Source: Octopus vulgaris (Eukaryota). From it: a stretch of DNA of 64,000 nucleotides. The notes beneath the pieces are model-generated. The model did not search any database and was not told the origin of the DNA. It was given only the letters and a program-made list of their open reading frames with translations. The stretch spans positions 70,432,001 through 70,496,000 of the forward strand of contig OX597830.1 in assembly GCA_951406725.2 (NCBI GenBank), in the 5' to 3' direction. The translations under genes were made by a program, and so were the position numbers. Positions 42,212 through 55,421 of this stretch are shown in pieces. Position 1 is the stretch's first letter, and each line of letters starts with the position of its first letter.

Positions 42212-42674
42212 CATCATCATCATCATCATCATTATCACAACCACCATCATCGTCGTTGTCGTCGTCATCATCATCATCGTCGTCATCATCATCATCATCA
42301 TCATCATCATTATTCTCATCATCAACATCATCACTTTCTTCACCGTAATCGTCGTCGTCGTCATCATCGTCACCACCACCACCGGCACCTCCACCACCTC
42401 AGTCGTTATTACATCTTACCCCACCCGCCGTTACTATCACAGAGTCAACGAGGAAGACTCTAGAAATAACAGCCAAATATCCCTTATACCACACTCTACC
42501 GGGGTTTTCCGTTTTTTTCTTTGTTTTTTTTTTTTTTGCTGTATCTTTAAAAAGAGCAGAACTCATCGTATGAAAGGGATCTTCTATACGTTGAGAGTTA
42601 CGTGGATTTGGGATACGTAATACGTAAGGGAGTTAAACGCTTCTGCCTTATAAAGCATTGCCCTCAAGTGTTTA

Positions 42675-43340
42675 CAGGCATACCTCAAATTACGTCGCTA
42701 ATTCATATGTAACTTCGTACATTTGAAAAAAATTGGTTTGTACATATTTTCACGTGTATCTTATTTGACTTCCAACTTCACTATTGAATTTAAGGTGGTT
42801 TTCCTTATTTTTATATCCGACGTATAATCGGATATATTGACTGTAGCTGAAGTTCATTTTTGCCATTAATTTCCAAAAAGAAACACCTTCATAAAGTCGA
42901 AAAATATCTAACTCGAAACGACGTAAGTTGAGGCATGCTTGTACTCTCTTTAGAACCAAGAACAAATGGAGAAAATCCGAAAAGAAATCAAGGCTAGAAG
43001 GTATCATAGAATTTGAAAGTTTAATTGGTATTAAATTCCCAGTACTTTTCGGCCAGTCAACTGCAGGGACCACAATTCACACTTGTTCTGAAATATTCTT
43101 GTTGATGAGAGACAATTGCGGTTCTCCAATATCAGTCTTCGTGTATCATGGATATCTGGTTCCAAAGAAAATAAAACAACAAAATCAGTGATAAGTGAAT
43201 CCCTGATAAACGAATCATTTCCAAACACGTTGGAAATAGATCTAATGGTAGATTCATTGACACCAAAAGCGCGGCCCATAGCAGCGAGGCTTCAACGGTC
43301 ACATATCTTTTCTTTTGGTTACTGGTAAACATAAGCGACA
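42675..43340 (-). pseudogene. pogo/Tigger-like transposon remnant
   Basis: GRAFGVNESTIRSI matches the CENP-B-type N-terminal HTH of pogo/Tigger transposases; TA|CAGGCATACCTC TIR-like end at ~42675. Confidence 0.5.
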
Positions 43341-43970
43341 GTTAGTGCATTGTTGGTAGCTGGACACTGGGTGATGCCTTTAGCGCGTTTTTCGATGTAG
43401 ACAGAATCTTCGACTGGTCACCGATCCGTGTTATATCAGATCATATCAGTGATAATCGTAGTATAGTTCACAAATGAACGTACCTTGTTCTCTCGGATGA
43501 GTGACTACAAGAATTAGTGATAAATGGGACATGTGTTAGTAAATTAGAAGAGCTAGCACCGCTTTGAAATGCAATATTGTAAATATCATATGCATCCATG
43601 CTGTCAAATGGGTAGCTGCGAGGTGTTGGTTGAATAATTATGTTGGTAGTCTAGTGATCACCGTTATTCGACAACAGGAACAACAGCAGTAGAATAGGGG
43701 CTGTACCCTTGAACAAAAGACTAGATTGTGACGGCTGAGACAATACGTCTTTAATCAAATGTCTGCTGGATCAAAGTTCACGAAGAACTGAACAACAATA
43801 GCAATAATTTTTTTTTTTTTCATTTTCGTGAATTATCTTGTTGCTGTGCTTGGGATTGAACGCAGAACACCATAGGTGACTGCATTGCTTTAGCCAGAAC
43901 TCCTTTATCTACGGGCATAGCGTAGTAGATAAAGACGTTAATCAACTGAAGTAAAAAAAAAATAATGAAT

Positions 43971-44440
<470 letters not shown>

Positions 44441-44550
44441 GAAAAAAGTCACAAAACGCAGTGAGTGGAATGAGAACAGTGTAGTACCACCGTGGATCAA
44501 ATAAAGGGTTAGGTTTGAAATTTTGATATAACAGCTGAGTTCAACACAAG

Positions 44551-44594
44551 GCACCTGAAGAAGGCTGGAACGTACAACAGCCGAAATGCAGTGT
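44551..44594 (+). ncRNA. Degenerate hammerhead motif related to the 29959-30004 element
   Basis: GCAC-CUGAAGA-aGGCUG...CAGCC-GAAAugca-GUGU; cleavage triplet mutated. Flanks (aatgagaac, aggtttgaaattt, caagatgggga) resemble the 29905-30290 element. Confidence 0.5.
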
Positions 44595-44650
44595 AAGTAA
44601 CAATCAAGATGGGGATACCAGTTTTACTAATATAAATGCATAATATGATG

Positions 44651-45034
44651 TGGAGGCGCAATGGCCCAGTGGTTACGGCAGCGGACTCGCGGTCGTAGGA
44701 TCGCGGTTTCGATTCCCAGACCGGGCGTTGTGAGTGTTTATTGAGCGAAAACACATAAAAGCTCCACGAGGCTCCGGCAGGGGATGGTGGTGATCCCTGC
44801 TGTACTCTTTCACCACAACATTCTCTCACTCTTACTTCCTGTTTCTGTTGTACCTGTATTTCAAAGGGTCGGCCTTGTCACTCTCTGTGTCACGCTGAAT
44901 ATCCCCGAGAACTACGTTAAGGGTACACGTGTCTGTGGAGTGCTCAGCCACTTACACGTTAATTTCACGAGCAGGCTGTTCCGTTGATCGGATCAACCGG
45001 AACCCTCGTCGTCGGAACCGACGGAGTGCTTCCA
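44651..45034 (+). mobile_element. SINE family C, full length, 11-bp TSD cataatatgat
   Basis: A box TGGCCCAGTGG, B box GGTTTCGATTCC; TSD at 44639-44649 and 45036-45046. Other copies at 36760-37097, 46862-47245 and 49260-49610. Confidence 0.9.
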
Positions 45035-45182
45035 ACATAATATGATTCTTAGATTCTTAAAATATAAAGACGGTATAGTCATAGCTGGATTATCTTAATC
45101 ACGAGGATCACCAGTAATGACCAGAAGCAGCAACAACTAATAATTCACTTTATTGATTCCAGAAGTATGGGAGCAAAAAGAT

Positions 45183-45576
45183 GGCGAGCTGGCAGAAACG
45201 GTAGCACGTCGGGCAAGATGCTTAGCGGTATTTCGTCTGCCGCTACGTTCTGAGTTCAAATTTCGCCGAGGTCGGCTGTGCCTTTCATCCTTTCGGGGTC
45301 GATTAAATAAGTACCAGTTACGCACCGGGGTCGATATAATCGACTTAATCCATTTGTCTGTCCTTGTTTGTCCTCTCTGTGTTTAGCCCCTTGTGGGTAG
45401 TAAAGAAATAGGTATTTCGTCTGCCGCTACGTTCTGAGTTTAAAATTCTGCCGAGGTCGACTTTGCCTTTCATCCTTTCGGGGTCGATTAAATAAGTACC
45501 AGTTACGCACTGGGGTCGATGTAATCAACTTAATCACTTTGTCATTGCTTGTCTCCTATATGAGCAATAAAGAAAT
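45183..45576 (+). mobile_element. SINE family A dimer
   Basis: Second unit restarts at aggtatttcgtctg; flanked by agaagtatgggag / agaagtataggag. Confidence 0.85.
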
Positions 45577-46465
45577 AAGAAGTATAGGAGAACAAGTCGT
45601 TGAAAGCATAATCCCACCGAAATAACAGAGAAGCTCATAAAAATTAAGTGGGACACTCTACTTGTTCTACTAGCCCACCAACAACAATCTCAGAAGATAC
45701 TGGTGAAAATATCCCTTTGATGGCAACCCTATGAGTCGACTGTCCGCGATGGATTTTGAAAAAAAAATCTCGCTGTGATATTATGTGTAAACAAGCTTAT
45801 CTCTAAAGGTTTACCTAAGACTTAAGATTACTGTCTTCAATGCTGACCATATCACTGCACGTGTATGTGTAGGTAATATGCTAGCTTAACCTTTTACTTG
45901 AGGTGTACATATAGTGTTATCGTATAGAGTGGAAGTTTAATACGAAGTTTTGAACTCATCTTGTGGTTAGTAATCCATTCCCTTAGATTTGAAGCCATTA
46001 AATCTTTAAGCAGTATTTTACTGGGTTTAGTTTTTCGACTGTCGCCATGATGGAGTATCGCCTTCAAAAATTTAATTGATCATATTGACCTCAGTACGTA
46101 ATTCAATCTGGCATTTATTTTATAGATCTCTGCTTGATGAACTGTTAACTTTGAGACATAGTGGGACACAATACTCGATTTAACAACAAACGTAAACACA
46201 CATACACACGCATTAGGTGCAAGAAGAACTGTGTGGTTGAGAAGTTTGCTTCCCAACCACATGGTTCCACGTTCAGTCCCTCTGAAGGATACACTGGGCA
46301 AATGTTTCTACTATAGCCTTAGCCAACCAGAAACTTGTGACTGAATTTGGTAGACGGAAACTGCAGCGTTGGTCATCAAAAAATGACCGAAAAATATGTC
46401 TATAAAGAAGAGTTGTTTTTTTTCATACTCCTCGAACAAATAATTCAATAGGGCTGTAGGTCATA

Positions 46466-46497
46466 ACACCCGGGCAACGCTGGGGTGCATTGCTAGT
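46466..46497 (+). mobile_element. Helitron-like 3' terminus
   Basis: cacccgggcaacgctggggtg hairpin followed a few nt later by CTAG|T. Confidence 0.5.
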
Positions 46498-46861
46498 ATG
46501 TGTGTATGTGTGTGTGTGTGTAGATAGATAGAATCTATTAGCAACATTTACAATTTGGATTATTCTCTATTACAATCCGTTACGTTTTCAAACAATTTTA
46601 ATTAAATTTATCTAGTAATTCTGATTGATCTGCAGCAGTCCTTGCATTAGAATAAAGCATTTTAATCTATGCACTTCAACTCGCTAAATGGGTTCCGAGA
46701 TGCTATCAATCCGAATATCTTACCTGAGATGCACAAACACCTGTCAAGGTGCGAGGTGCAGTGGTTAAAATTTTAGGATCTGGGCGGCGCTTGAGGTTCT
46801 CAAGAAAGGCAGTTTATTTCCAGTTGCTCAAGTACATGTAACTGTAAAAGATGTGGGATGG

Positions 46862-47245
46862 ATGGAAGCACTCCGTCGGTTACGACGACGAGGGTTCCGG
46901 TTGTTCCGATCAACGGAACAGCCTGCTTGTGAAATTAACGTGTAAGTGGCTGGGCACTCCACAGACACGTGTACCCTTAACGTAGTTCTCGGGGATATTC
47001 ACCGTGACACAGAGAGTGACACGGCCGGCCCTTTGAAATACAGGTACAACAGAAACAGGAAGTAAGAGTGAGGGAAAGTTGTGGTGAAAGAGTACAGCAG
47101 GGATCGCCACCATCCCCTGCCGGAGCCTCGTGGAGCTTTAGGTGTTTTCGCTCAATAAACACTCACAACGCCCGGTCTGGGAATCGAACCCGCGATCCTA
47201 CGACCGCGAGTCCGCTGCCCTAATTACTGGGCCATTGCGCCTCCG
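46862..47245 (-). mobile_element. SINE family C with 13-bp TSD ctgtaaaagatgt
   Basis: TSD at 46842-46854 and 47247-47259. Confidence 0.9.
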
Positions 47246-47246
47246 C

Positions 47247-47793
47247 CTGTAAAAGATGTACTACAGCGTCGTCATATGACAAATATCTTTTCCTCGATCA
47301 AGAGCGAAACTACGAGGTTCGAAGACAATCAGATTCATTCGTAGTTCCAACCGTAAACGAGGCGACTGGCTCTCCGCCAGCGTTCGCTTCGATGACATAG
47401 GAAGGATCCTGCATGAGAAACCATTAATGGTTCCGTGGTGAGTATGGTTCCAAACAGAAACTTTACAGGAATTAAGGCGGCGAACTGACAGAAACGTTAG
47501 CACGCCGGTATTTCGTCTGCTGCTACGTCCTGAGTTCAAATTCCGCCGGGGTCGATTAAATAAGCACCAGTTACACACTGGGGTCGATATAATCGACTCA
47601 ATCCGTTTGTCTGTCCTTGTTTGTCTCCTCTGTGTGTAGTCCCTTGTGGGCAGTAAAGAAATGAGAAACTTTACAGAAATTGGTGGAAGGGTATTATTTG
47701 GAGTGAAGCCTGCGGTTTAATTTGACTCAGTACCGGAAAACTCATTCGGACCGGACACCAGTAGGATTTACAGCTCGTAGCTTTTTCTCGATC
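47247..47793 (+). pseudogene. Decayed 18S rRNA fragment (central region), split by a SINE-A insertion at 47474-47663
   Basis: Collinear degenerate matches to conserved 18S blocks: atcaagagcgaaa, ggttcgaagacaatcagat, cgtagttccaaccgtaaacga, gagtatggttccaaa, gaaactt, ggaatt, ggaaggg, ggagtgaagcctgcggtttaatttgactca, ccggacac, aggatttacag, ttctcgat. Confidence 0.85.
47474..47663 (+). mobile_element. Internally deleted SINE family A with 18-bp TSD (1 mismatch)
   Basis: agaaactttacaggaatt at 47456-47473 and agaaactttacagaaatt at 47664-47681. Confidence 0.85.
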
Positions 47794-48199
47794 CAGTACT
47801 TATGCTCGGGGCGTAAACTCTGCGATGGAATAGCGTTTCGTTCGCGGGATGGTGAGGAGGCGAAGGATTGTATTTTCAGTTTAAACACTTCGAAATGCAA
47901 GTAAAGTCAGAGTCTCGCGAGAGACTAGGCTCGAAGTAGACAGATACTATCTTTCTCTCTTTCCAAGTATAATTTATTTCTTATATAACGAACACCGTTA
48001 AAACAAAAAAGGCGCCCGTTTTCTAGAAGGGGCTTCTTGTCATGGGGAATGAACAAAATTGTACTAAAATAGCTACGAAGTTTTATTATGAACAAGGATC
48101 TAAGATACATCTTAAGTATGACATATCCAAAATGCGTGAGCAGCAAAGACCTTTAGATCAAAGCCAAACAAAAATCCATCGACCAACAGATTGTGAAGT

Positions 48200-48554
48200 G
48201 TTAATGTACGTAGGCAGGCCATACGTTAGCAAAGCCTTGGAGATTTATGGCAAGGCAAGGGTTGGATTGGAACACTAGATAGAAAAAAAATTAGACAAGG
48301 CGCTGGAGCGTTACTTACCAGAGAGATTCGAAGGGAAATTGAAGGGAACTGGGAACGAAAGGGAACCAAAGAGTAAAGGAAAGCACCCAGGACAGGCCAC
48401 AATGGAAGACTACTGTAGAGTGCTTATGTTCAGCTTGGAATCCATCGAAACAGGCAGTGACGATGATGATGATAATAATGATGGAGATAATGATGAGGGG
48501 GATGACGATGATCGTGATGATGATGATGATGATGATGATGACGATGATGATGAC

Positions 48555-48593
<39 letters not shown>

Positions 48594-48737
48594 AATGATG
48601 ATGATGATGATGATGATGCTGATGCTGATGCTGGTGACGATGATGATCCTCACAAGGACACAGTGAAGCACATGTGGGCCAGATTTTGGAGCCGACTTGA
48701 CGCCGTGGTGAAAGCTGAGAACCGTTACTTTGAGTAA
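48200..48737 (+). pseudogene. Tc1/mariner-superfamily transposase remnant containing a (GAT)n expansion
   Basis: C-terminus KDTVKHMWARFWSRLDAVVKAENRYFE* resembles the RFRSRLEAVxxAxGGYxE terminus of Tc1-like transposases; upstream GRPYV motif in a separate ORF piece. Confidence 0.55.
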
Positions 48738-48761
48738 ACTGTTATCTCCAGCCAAGGTATA

Positions 48762-48829
<68 letters not shown>

Positions 48830-48834
<5 letters not shown>

Positions 48835-49042
48835 GCACGTGATGCAGCACGGACTTTGTCAGTGAACAGGTCGCGGATTTTAGCGACGAAAATATTTTGA
48901 CAAATTAAACTTAAATGTTGAAGTGAATCGAACGGTTTTTGTGTGTTTCTTAAATGGCTTATAAACACCTTCCACGCTGCAATTGTTTTCGTTTCAGCAC
49001 ACGATCTCAGATCAAATTACTTGCTATGCGAGTACATCTCCG

Positions 49043-49043
<1 letters not shown>
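48830..49043. mobile_element. Fragment of a TIR-type element; the other end of the same family lies at ~11663-11850
   Basis: Shared internal tcagtga.ca.gtcgc and ttccacgctg; terminal cagatcaaattacttgctatgcgagtacatctccg is an approximate reverse complement of cagagatgcactttcctagcaagtgatttgatctg at 11663. Confidence 0.45.
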
Positions 49044-49104
<61 letters not shown>

Positions 49105-50215
49105 ATATATGTATATATGTGTGTATATATATATATATTTATGTATATATATATGTATATATATATGCATGCATATAGCTATGGGTGTTGATGTTTTCTA
49201 TGTAAGTGTGTATGCACAAGCGTGTTTCCCGTTTATGTGTGAGTGAGTATATGATTCACTGGTTAGAGCAGCGGACTCGCGGTCGTATGATCGCGGTTTC
49301 GATTCTCAGACCGGGCTTTGTGAGTGTTTATTGAGCAAAAACAAATAGAAAATATATCCAAAACTCCACGAAGCTCCAGCAGGGGGCGAAACCTGCTGTA
49401 CTCTTTCACCACAACTTTCTCTCACTCTTTCTTCCTGTTTCTGTTGTACCAGCCATGTCACACTCCGTGTCACGCTGAATCTACCCGAGAACTACATTAA
49501 GGGTACACATGTCTGTGGAGTGCTTAGCCACTTGCACGTTAATTTCACGAGCAAGCTGTTCCGTTGACCGGATCAACTGGAACCCTCGTCGTCGTAACCG
49601 ACGGAGTGCCGCGATGGCAATATGTACGCAGGTGGTGTGTTCGGTGGCACATATTAGTTTCGGCAGTGGAGATGTCAGCAGCGGTATTTGTGACGTTCTG
49701 AAAAACGTTAGCACGTCGGGCAAAATGCTTAGAGGTATTTCGTCTGTCGTTAGGTTCTGAGTTCAAATTCCGCCGAGGTCGACTTTGCCTTTCATCCTTT
49801 CGGGATCGATAAATTAAGTACCAGTTGCGCACTGGGGTCGATGTAATCGACTTAATACCTATGTCTGTCCTTTTTTGTCCCCTCTGTCTTTAGCCCCTTG
49901 TGGGTAATAAAGAAATAGGTATTTGTGACGGTGGCGGTGGAGGCTGTGATGATGGTGGCGGTGATGACAGTGGCGGTGATGACAGTGGCGGTGATGATGG
50001 TGGTGGTGACGATGCTAGATGTGACAGTGTTGATGGTGTTGATGGTGGTGATGGTGGCGATTGGTGCTGGTAATGGTGGGGCTGTCTCTATGTACCTTCA
50101 ATGGAATCTGTGTGTGTGATGACTCGGAAATGGTTCCTGGCATCTGGTTCGAACACATCTAAATTATAACAGTAGTATTAGTGTATTGACATCTGTCTGT
50201 GTGTCAAACTTTCTG

Positions 50216-50256
<41 letters not shown>

Positions 50257-50257
<1 letters not shown>

Positions 50258-50389
50258 GGGGTGTCCCCCCAAAAATGTATACACACCTTAAATAATTGTA
50301 AATTTGTTATTCTTTGTAAGCCTAGTACTTATTCTATCGTTCTCTTTTGCCGAACCACTATGTGTATACATTTTTTTGGGGACACCCTG
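50257..50389. mobile_element. 133-bp Tc1/mariner-type MITE
   Basis: TA|CGGGGTGTCCCCCCAAAAATGTATACACA ... TGTGTATACATTTTTTTGGGGACACCCTG|TA. Confidence 0.8.
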
Positions 50390-51015
50390 TATATACAGAA
50401 GTCAAACACGTATAGTAATAAATGCACACACACACATGCATATGTGTGTGTGTGTGTGCGTGTGTGTGTTTGTATATACAAGCATATCCATCCATCCATC
50501 CATCCATCCATCCATCCATCCATATAAACATACATACATACATACATACATACATACATACATACATACATACATACAAACATACACACACATGCATACA
50601 TAAATGCATGCACACATTTTATATACAGATGCATGTATATATAAACACACTTATCACAGATGCATACATACACAGATATATACCTTCGCACATAGGTATA
50701 CACACACGCGCGCACACACACACGCGCGCACGCACACACACAAACGTATTAATGTGTCTGGGAAGAGTCATTCGGTTTTAATGCCATATTAATTAACACA
50801 CTCACCAGTCCAATTTCCACTTATTTATTAGTTTTCTTTCCTAAAATTTTCGTTGCTCCTTGCAACCTCTTCAATCGTGTGTGTGTGTACGTGTCTATGT
50901 ATACGTGGACACATCTATATTTATGCTGATATATATATATATCTATGTGTATATATATGTGTGTGTGTATATATATACACACACAAACCTCTCTCTTTCT
51001 CGCTCTCTCTCTATC

Positions 51016-51077
<62 letters not shown>

Positions 51078-51515
51078 CGTGTGTGTATGTGTGTGTGTTT
51101 ATGCGTGTATATTCATGTGTACATATAATACATTTATGTATTTATTTAAGAATATTTGCATGAATATAAATATATATATGTTCGTATATGTATGTAGAAA
51201 ATAATACTCAGGGACAGAAAACCTCATGCGCTTGTGCTTGTGTGGTTGGGTTTGGATTTGTGTATGTGAGTACGTGCATGCGTTAATGCCATGCATGGCA
51301 GGAAATGAAACGACGAAGACGAATCGGCAGGGTTGTTAGAAGCGCTGGAATGACTGCTTCGTGATATTAGTTCCAAATTTTTAAGCTTTGCCGTCTGACT
51401 ACCTTTTCATCCCTTCAGGGTTATTAAAAAAAAAGTGAAAATCAAGAGTTAGATTTGTGATGCCGATTGCATTTTGGCAGTAACACCTGCGGCAAAACTT
51501 ATACGAAACGGTATC

Positions 51516-51925
51516 GGCGAGCTGGCAGAATCGTTAGCACGCCGGGCGAAATGCGTAGCCGTATTTCGTATGTCGTTACGTTGAGTTCAAATTCCGCCGA
51601 GGCAGACTTTGCCTTTCATCCTTTCGGAGTCGATTAAATAAGTACCAGTTACGCACTGGGGTCAATATAATCGACTTAATACCTATGTCTGTCCTTGTTT
51701 GTCCACTCTATGTTTAGCCCCTTGTGGGCAATAAAGAAATAGGTATTTCGTCTGCCGTTACGTTGTGAGTTCAAATTCCGCCGAGGCAGACTTTGCCTTT
51801 CATCCTTTCGGGGTCGATTAAATAAGTACCAGTTACGCACTAGGGTCAATATAATCGACTTAATCCGTTTGTCTGTCCTTGTTTGTCCCCTCTATGTTTA
51901 GCCCCTTGTGGGTAATAAAGAAATA
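51516..51925 (+). mobile_element. SINE family A dimer
   Basis: Two units sharing private variants (gaggcagac, ggtcaatataa); flanked by gtatcggc. Confidence 0.85.
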
Positions 51926-52974
51926 TGTATCGGCCGAAGTCGGCGGCCTTTCCATCAGTGACGTACAAAGTCTTCTTCAAAACTCTGACCCCGAGCCTGC
52001 ACGTACTTCTTCAGACGAATGGTCATCATGCACCGACGGAGAACCCCAAGGCGTGTAATGTTGTTTAGTGCATTGCAATTGCTTATTGTCAGTGCATAGT
52101 GAGTCGGCGGGAGAGTGTCGTACTAGTATGACCAATATATGAATTGCAGTCGAGAAATTTACAACTTCCACATATACAATCAAATTTATAAATCAATTTA
52201 GTGATTAAGTAGCTTATTTGTGGATTTACATGTTTATGCTTTCTTATTAAGAACATTTTTAATTTTAGTTTATTTGTAGTATATTATTAACGTTGGTTTA
52301 TAGTTTGTTGTAACGCATTTTCTATTCTGTTTTATGGGGCTATTAATAATGCATTCATTTACTTTATAGTTACTATGCATTTGATTCGTATAATACGATT
52401 TATGTATTGATGGTTTGTGTAATTTTAATAAGAGCTGTATTTGTGTATCTATTGTTCTAATGCTTGTTCTATTCGTTCGTTGGAATAACAGTTGTTCATT
52501 AGTGTTTGTTTTATTCTGTGGATTTCTTTATCAACTGTTTTTGTTTGTGGAGAAGAAACTAAATGTATCTTCTATGTAGTAATTTCGTCACTGGCATTTT
52601 GAACCTGTGTGAGCATTCGCTATATCTCTCTGTGAATGTATGTGTTTAACTGGTGTTAGAAGATATGATATATATGCTATATTTTACCCGAAATGAAGTC
52701 ATTTCATTGCAGATAGTTTTCTTTGTACTGTTCTGGATACTGTATTTTAGTACGGAGTTGCTTTTCCGTTCTTTTTTTTTTTTTATTTAGTCTGTTGAAG
52801 TCCTCTTGTAAGTTCATTACAACGACTCTTTAAAGTGCTGTATTGAAAAAAAAAAGAAGAAAAAAAAGAAAACGTGAAACTCAGCGAAGCTGTGCAAAAG
52901 AGCCACAGCTTCGAAAACGAAATAGAATATAAACACACACACACATATACATACGTATATGTACACACACACAG

Positions 52975-53052
<78 letters not shown>

Positions 53053-53261
53053 TCAGACACACATCTAAAGATTCCCACCACTGACTTAATGTAGTAGGTA
53101 AATGCGATAAGTGCTCGGGTTTGTGGTTTACCACTAAAATTCCGACTTGAACTACAACTAAAGCATTTGGTTGTATTCATAAATTGTCGCTTCAAATCGG
53201 AGAATAAAATATTATTATGATATGTTATTATACAGTTATATATATGTGCGTGTGTGTGAGC

Positions 53262-53368
53262 GTGCTATCTACAGCTGCACATATTCTACAATTGGAACGA
53301 CTTAGAGAAGGTCAGCGTGGCCCCCGCGCAAGGATGACATGCAAATACCGGAAGTGTTCTATATTTTT
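53262..53368 (+). pseudogene. U6: Full-length U6 snRNA pseudogene
   Basis: GTGCT...GCACATATTCTACAATTGGAACGACTTAGAGAAGGTCAGCGTGGCCCCCGCGCAAGGATGACATGCAAAT...ATATTTTT is collinear with metazoan U6 (about 20 substitutions and no indels versus the vertebrate sequence as recalled). The ACAGAGA box is mutated to TTAGAGA. Confidence 0.9.
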
Positions 53369-54639
53369 GACTGGTGGTGCCCCAGCATGACCACAGTCTT
53401 TGGGCTGAGGCACATAAAAGAATATATAGACAAATAAGTTTCTTTATTGGCCACACAGGGCTACACACAGATGGGACAAATTACAAGGTAGAGCTTTTCT
53501 TTTGAGGGATGAAAAAAACAAAAAAAAAAAACAAAAAAAAGTGGCGTAGGTTTTCGATCAAAAGGGATCGTAAAAGGAAAAAAAAGGAAAAAAAAAGGAA
53601 AAGAAACAAAAGCAAAGAAGAAGGAAAAAAGAAGAAAAAAGAGGTGCAGATATATGTGTAATTACAAATAAAATATAAATGAGTAACAGCAGCGGTACAG
53701 GTGTCAATCCATCACGGCGGTGCCTTAATTTAAGTACCTAATTCAACTGAAACATATTTATATAATTCTCGCAGTGTAACTGATAATTATTTCTGGCTTC
53801 TTTACTTCCACATCATTCACTCTTCCCTTTGTTTCTCTGAAGCTAATCTGTTTTGTAGACAACATCAGCACATCACGCTTATCCTTTCACTTTGCCACTA
53901 CAATTCCACAATTTTGTTGCATGCCAATAACTTGGCCTTTATGGAGCATTTTAGAATACCGGGTATTGCTAATTTATATCTAGGGTTTGCAAATTTAGAT
54001 TATGCTAATTTGCAAATTATAGCCAATTAATAAGCTGAAGAGAAAGAAGCAAGAGTTAGTAGTATGTGTGTAATAGTTACATTTCTAAAATTTCCACACG
54101 ACCCACGGGTAGGTCGTGTGGTATCTGGGATGTGATATGAAGTAGGGTGCCACATGACCCTCTCATGGGAAGTGGGTATCTAACAATAGTTATGTGATCC
54201 TTACCTCACATATGATATAGTGTAAAAATATTACGCCGCTCATGTCAAAATTAATTAAGATATCGTATTGGGACCCTGGGAGAAAACGTAAAAGGTGGTT
54301 CGGGAGCCAACGTGTTAAGTGAAGTATCTATGAGCTAATCGATCGGCCATATTTGCTCACTTAAAAGAGTTTATGTTTGTTTGTTTATAACGCTTCTATC
54401 ATTCTATAAGTTTTTGTCGCTTTTTAAAGGTAAATTCTGAATTTGTGACTACACAATACACTATGTATAAATATAGGCGCAGGCATGGGAGGGTGCTTAA
54501 GAAGCTTGATTTGCAACCATGTGGTTTCGGTTTCTGTCCCACCGTGCAACACCGGGGACATGTGTTTCTACTATAGCCCTTGGGCCGACCAATTCCTAGT
54601 GAGTGAATTTAGCTGAAAGAAATGGTGCCGAAGCCCGTG

Positions 54640-54678
<39 letters not shown>

Positions 54679-54735
54679 ATACGCTCGTCCATTTTGTATT
54701 TTTATATATATTTTTTATACATACATACATACATG

Positions 54736-54779
<44 letters not shown>

Positions 54780-55319
54780 CATATGTATTCATTTATTTAT
54801 TCTTTTACTTGTTTCAATCATTTCAGTGCGGCCATGCTGGAGCACCGACTTTAGTCGAGCAAATCGACCCCAGGACTTATTCTTCGTAAGCCCAGTACTT
54901 ATTCTATTGCCGAACCGCTAAGTTACGGGGATGTAAACAGACCACCATCGGTTGTCAAGCGATGTTGGGGGTGGGGGACAAACACAGACACATGAACACA
55001 CACACACACAAACACACACACATACACACACACGTACACACACGCACACACATATATACGACAGGCTTTTTTCAGTTTCTGTCTACCAAATCCACTCACA
55101 AGGCTTTGGTCAACCCGAAGCTATAGTAGGAACCCGGAACCATGTTGTTGGTAAGCAAGCTACTTACCACATAGCCACTCCTGCGCCTAGAGCCAATCGT
55201 CCCTGGGCGGGCATGAACCACCAACCTTTCGGTTATACATATATATACACAAACATATATATATACACATGCACACAGATGTATGTATATATATATATAT
55301 ATACACATACATACAGATG

Positions 55320-55364
<45 letters not shown>

Positions 55365-55386
55365 ATGTACATATGTACTTGTATGC

Positions 55387-55421
<35 letters not shown>

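Noticed and set aside
44651-44725. tRNA-like sequences at SINE heads
   Set aside because: They continue into SINE cores and lack a proper acceptor stem; not called as tRNA genes.
52875-52920. gaagctgtg/cacagcttc hairpin followed by GAAAAC
   Set aside because: No CUGANGA-like core or NUH triplet in the right place.
53262-53368. Functional U6 gene
   Set aside because: ACAGAGA box and 5' stem-loop are mutated, and it is fused to a retroposon tail.
54093-54318. Small hairpin and a TTAA-ended, piggyBac-like terminus
   Set aside because: No matching second terminus found.
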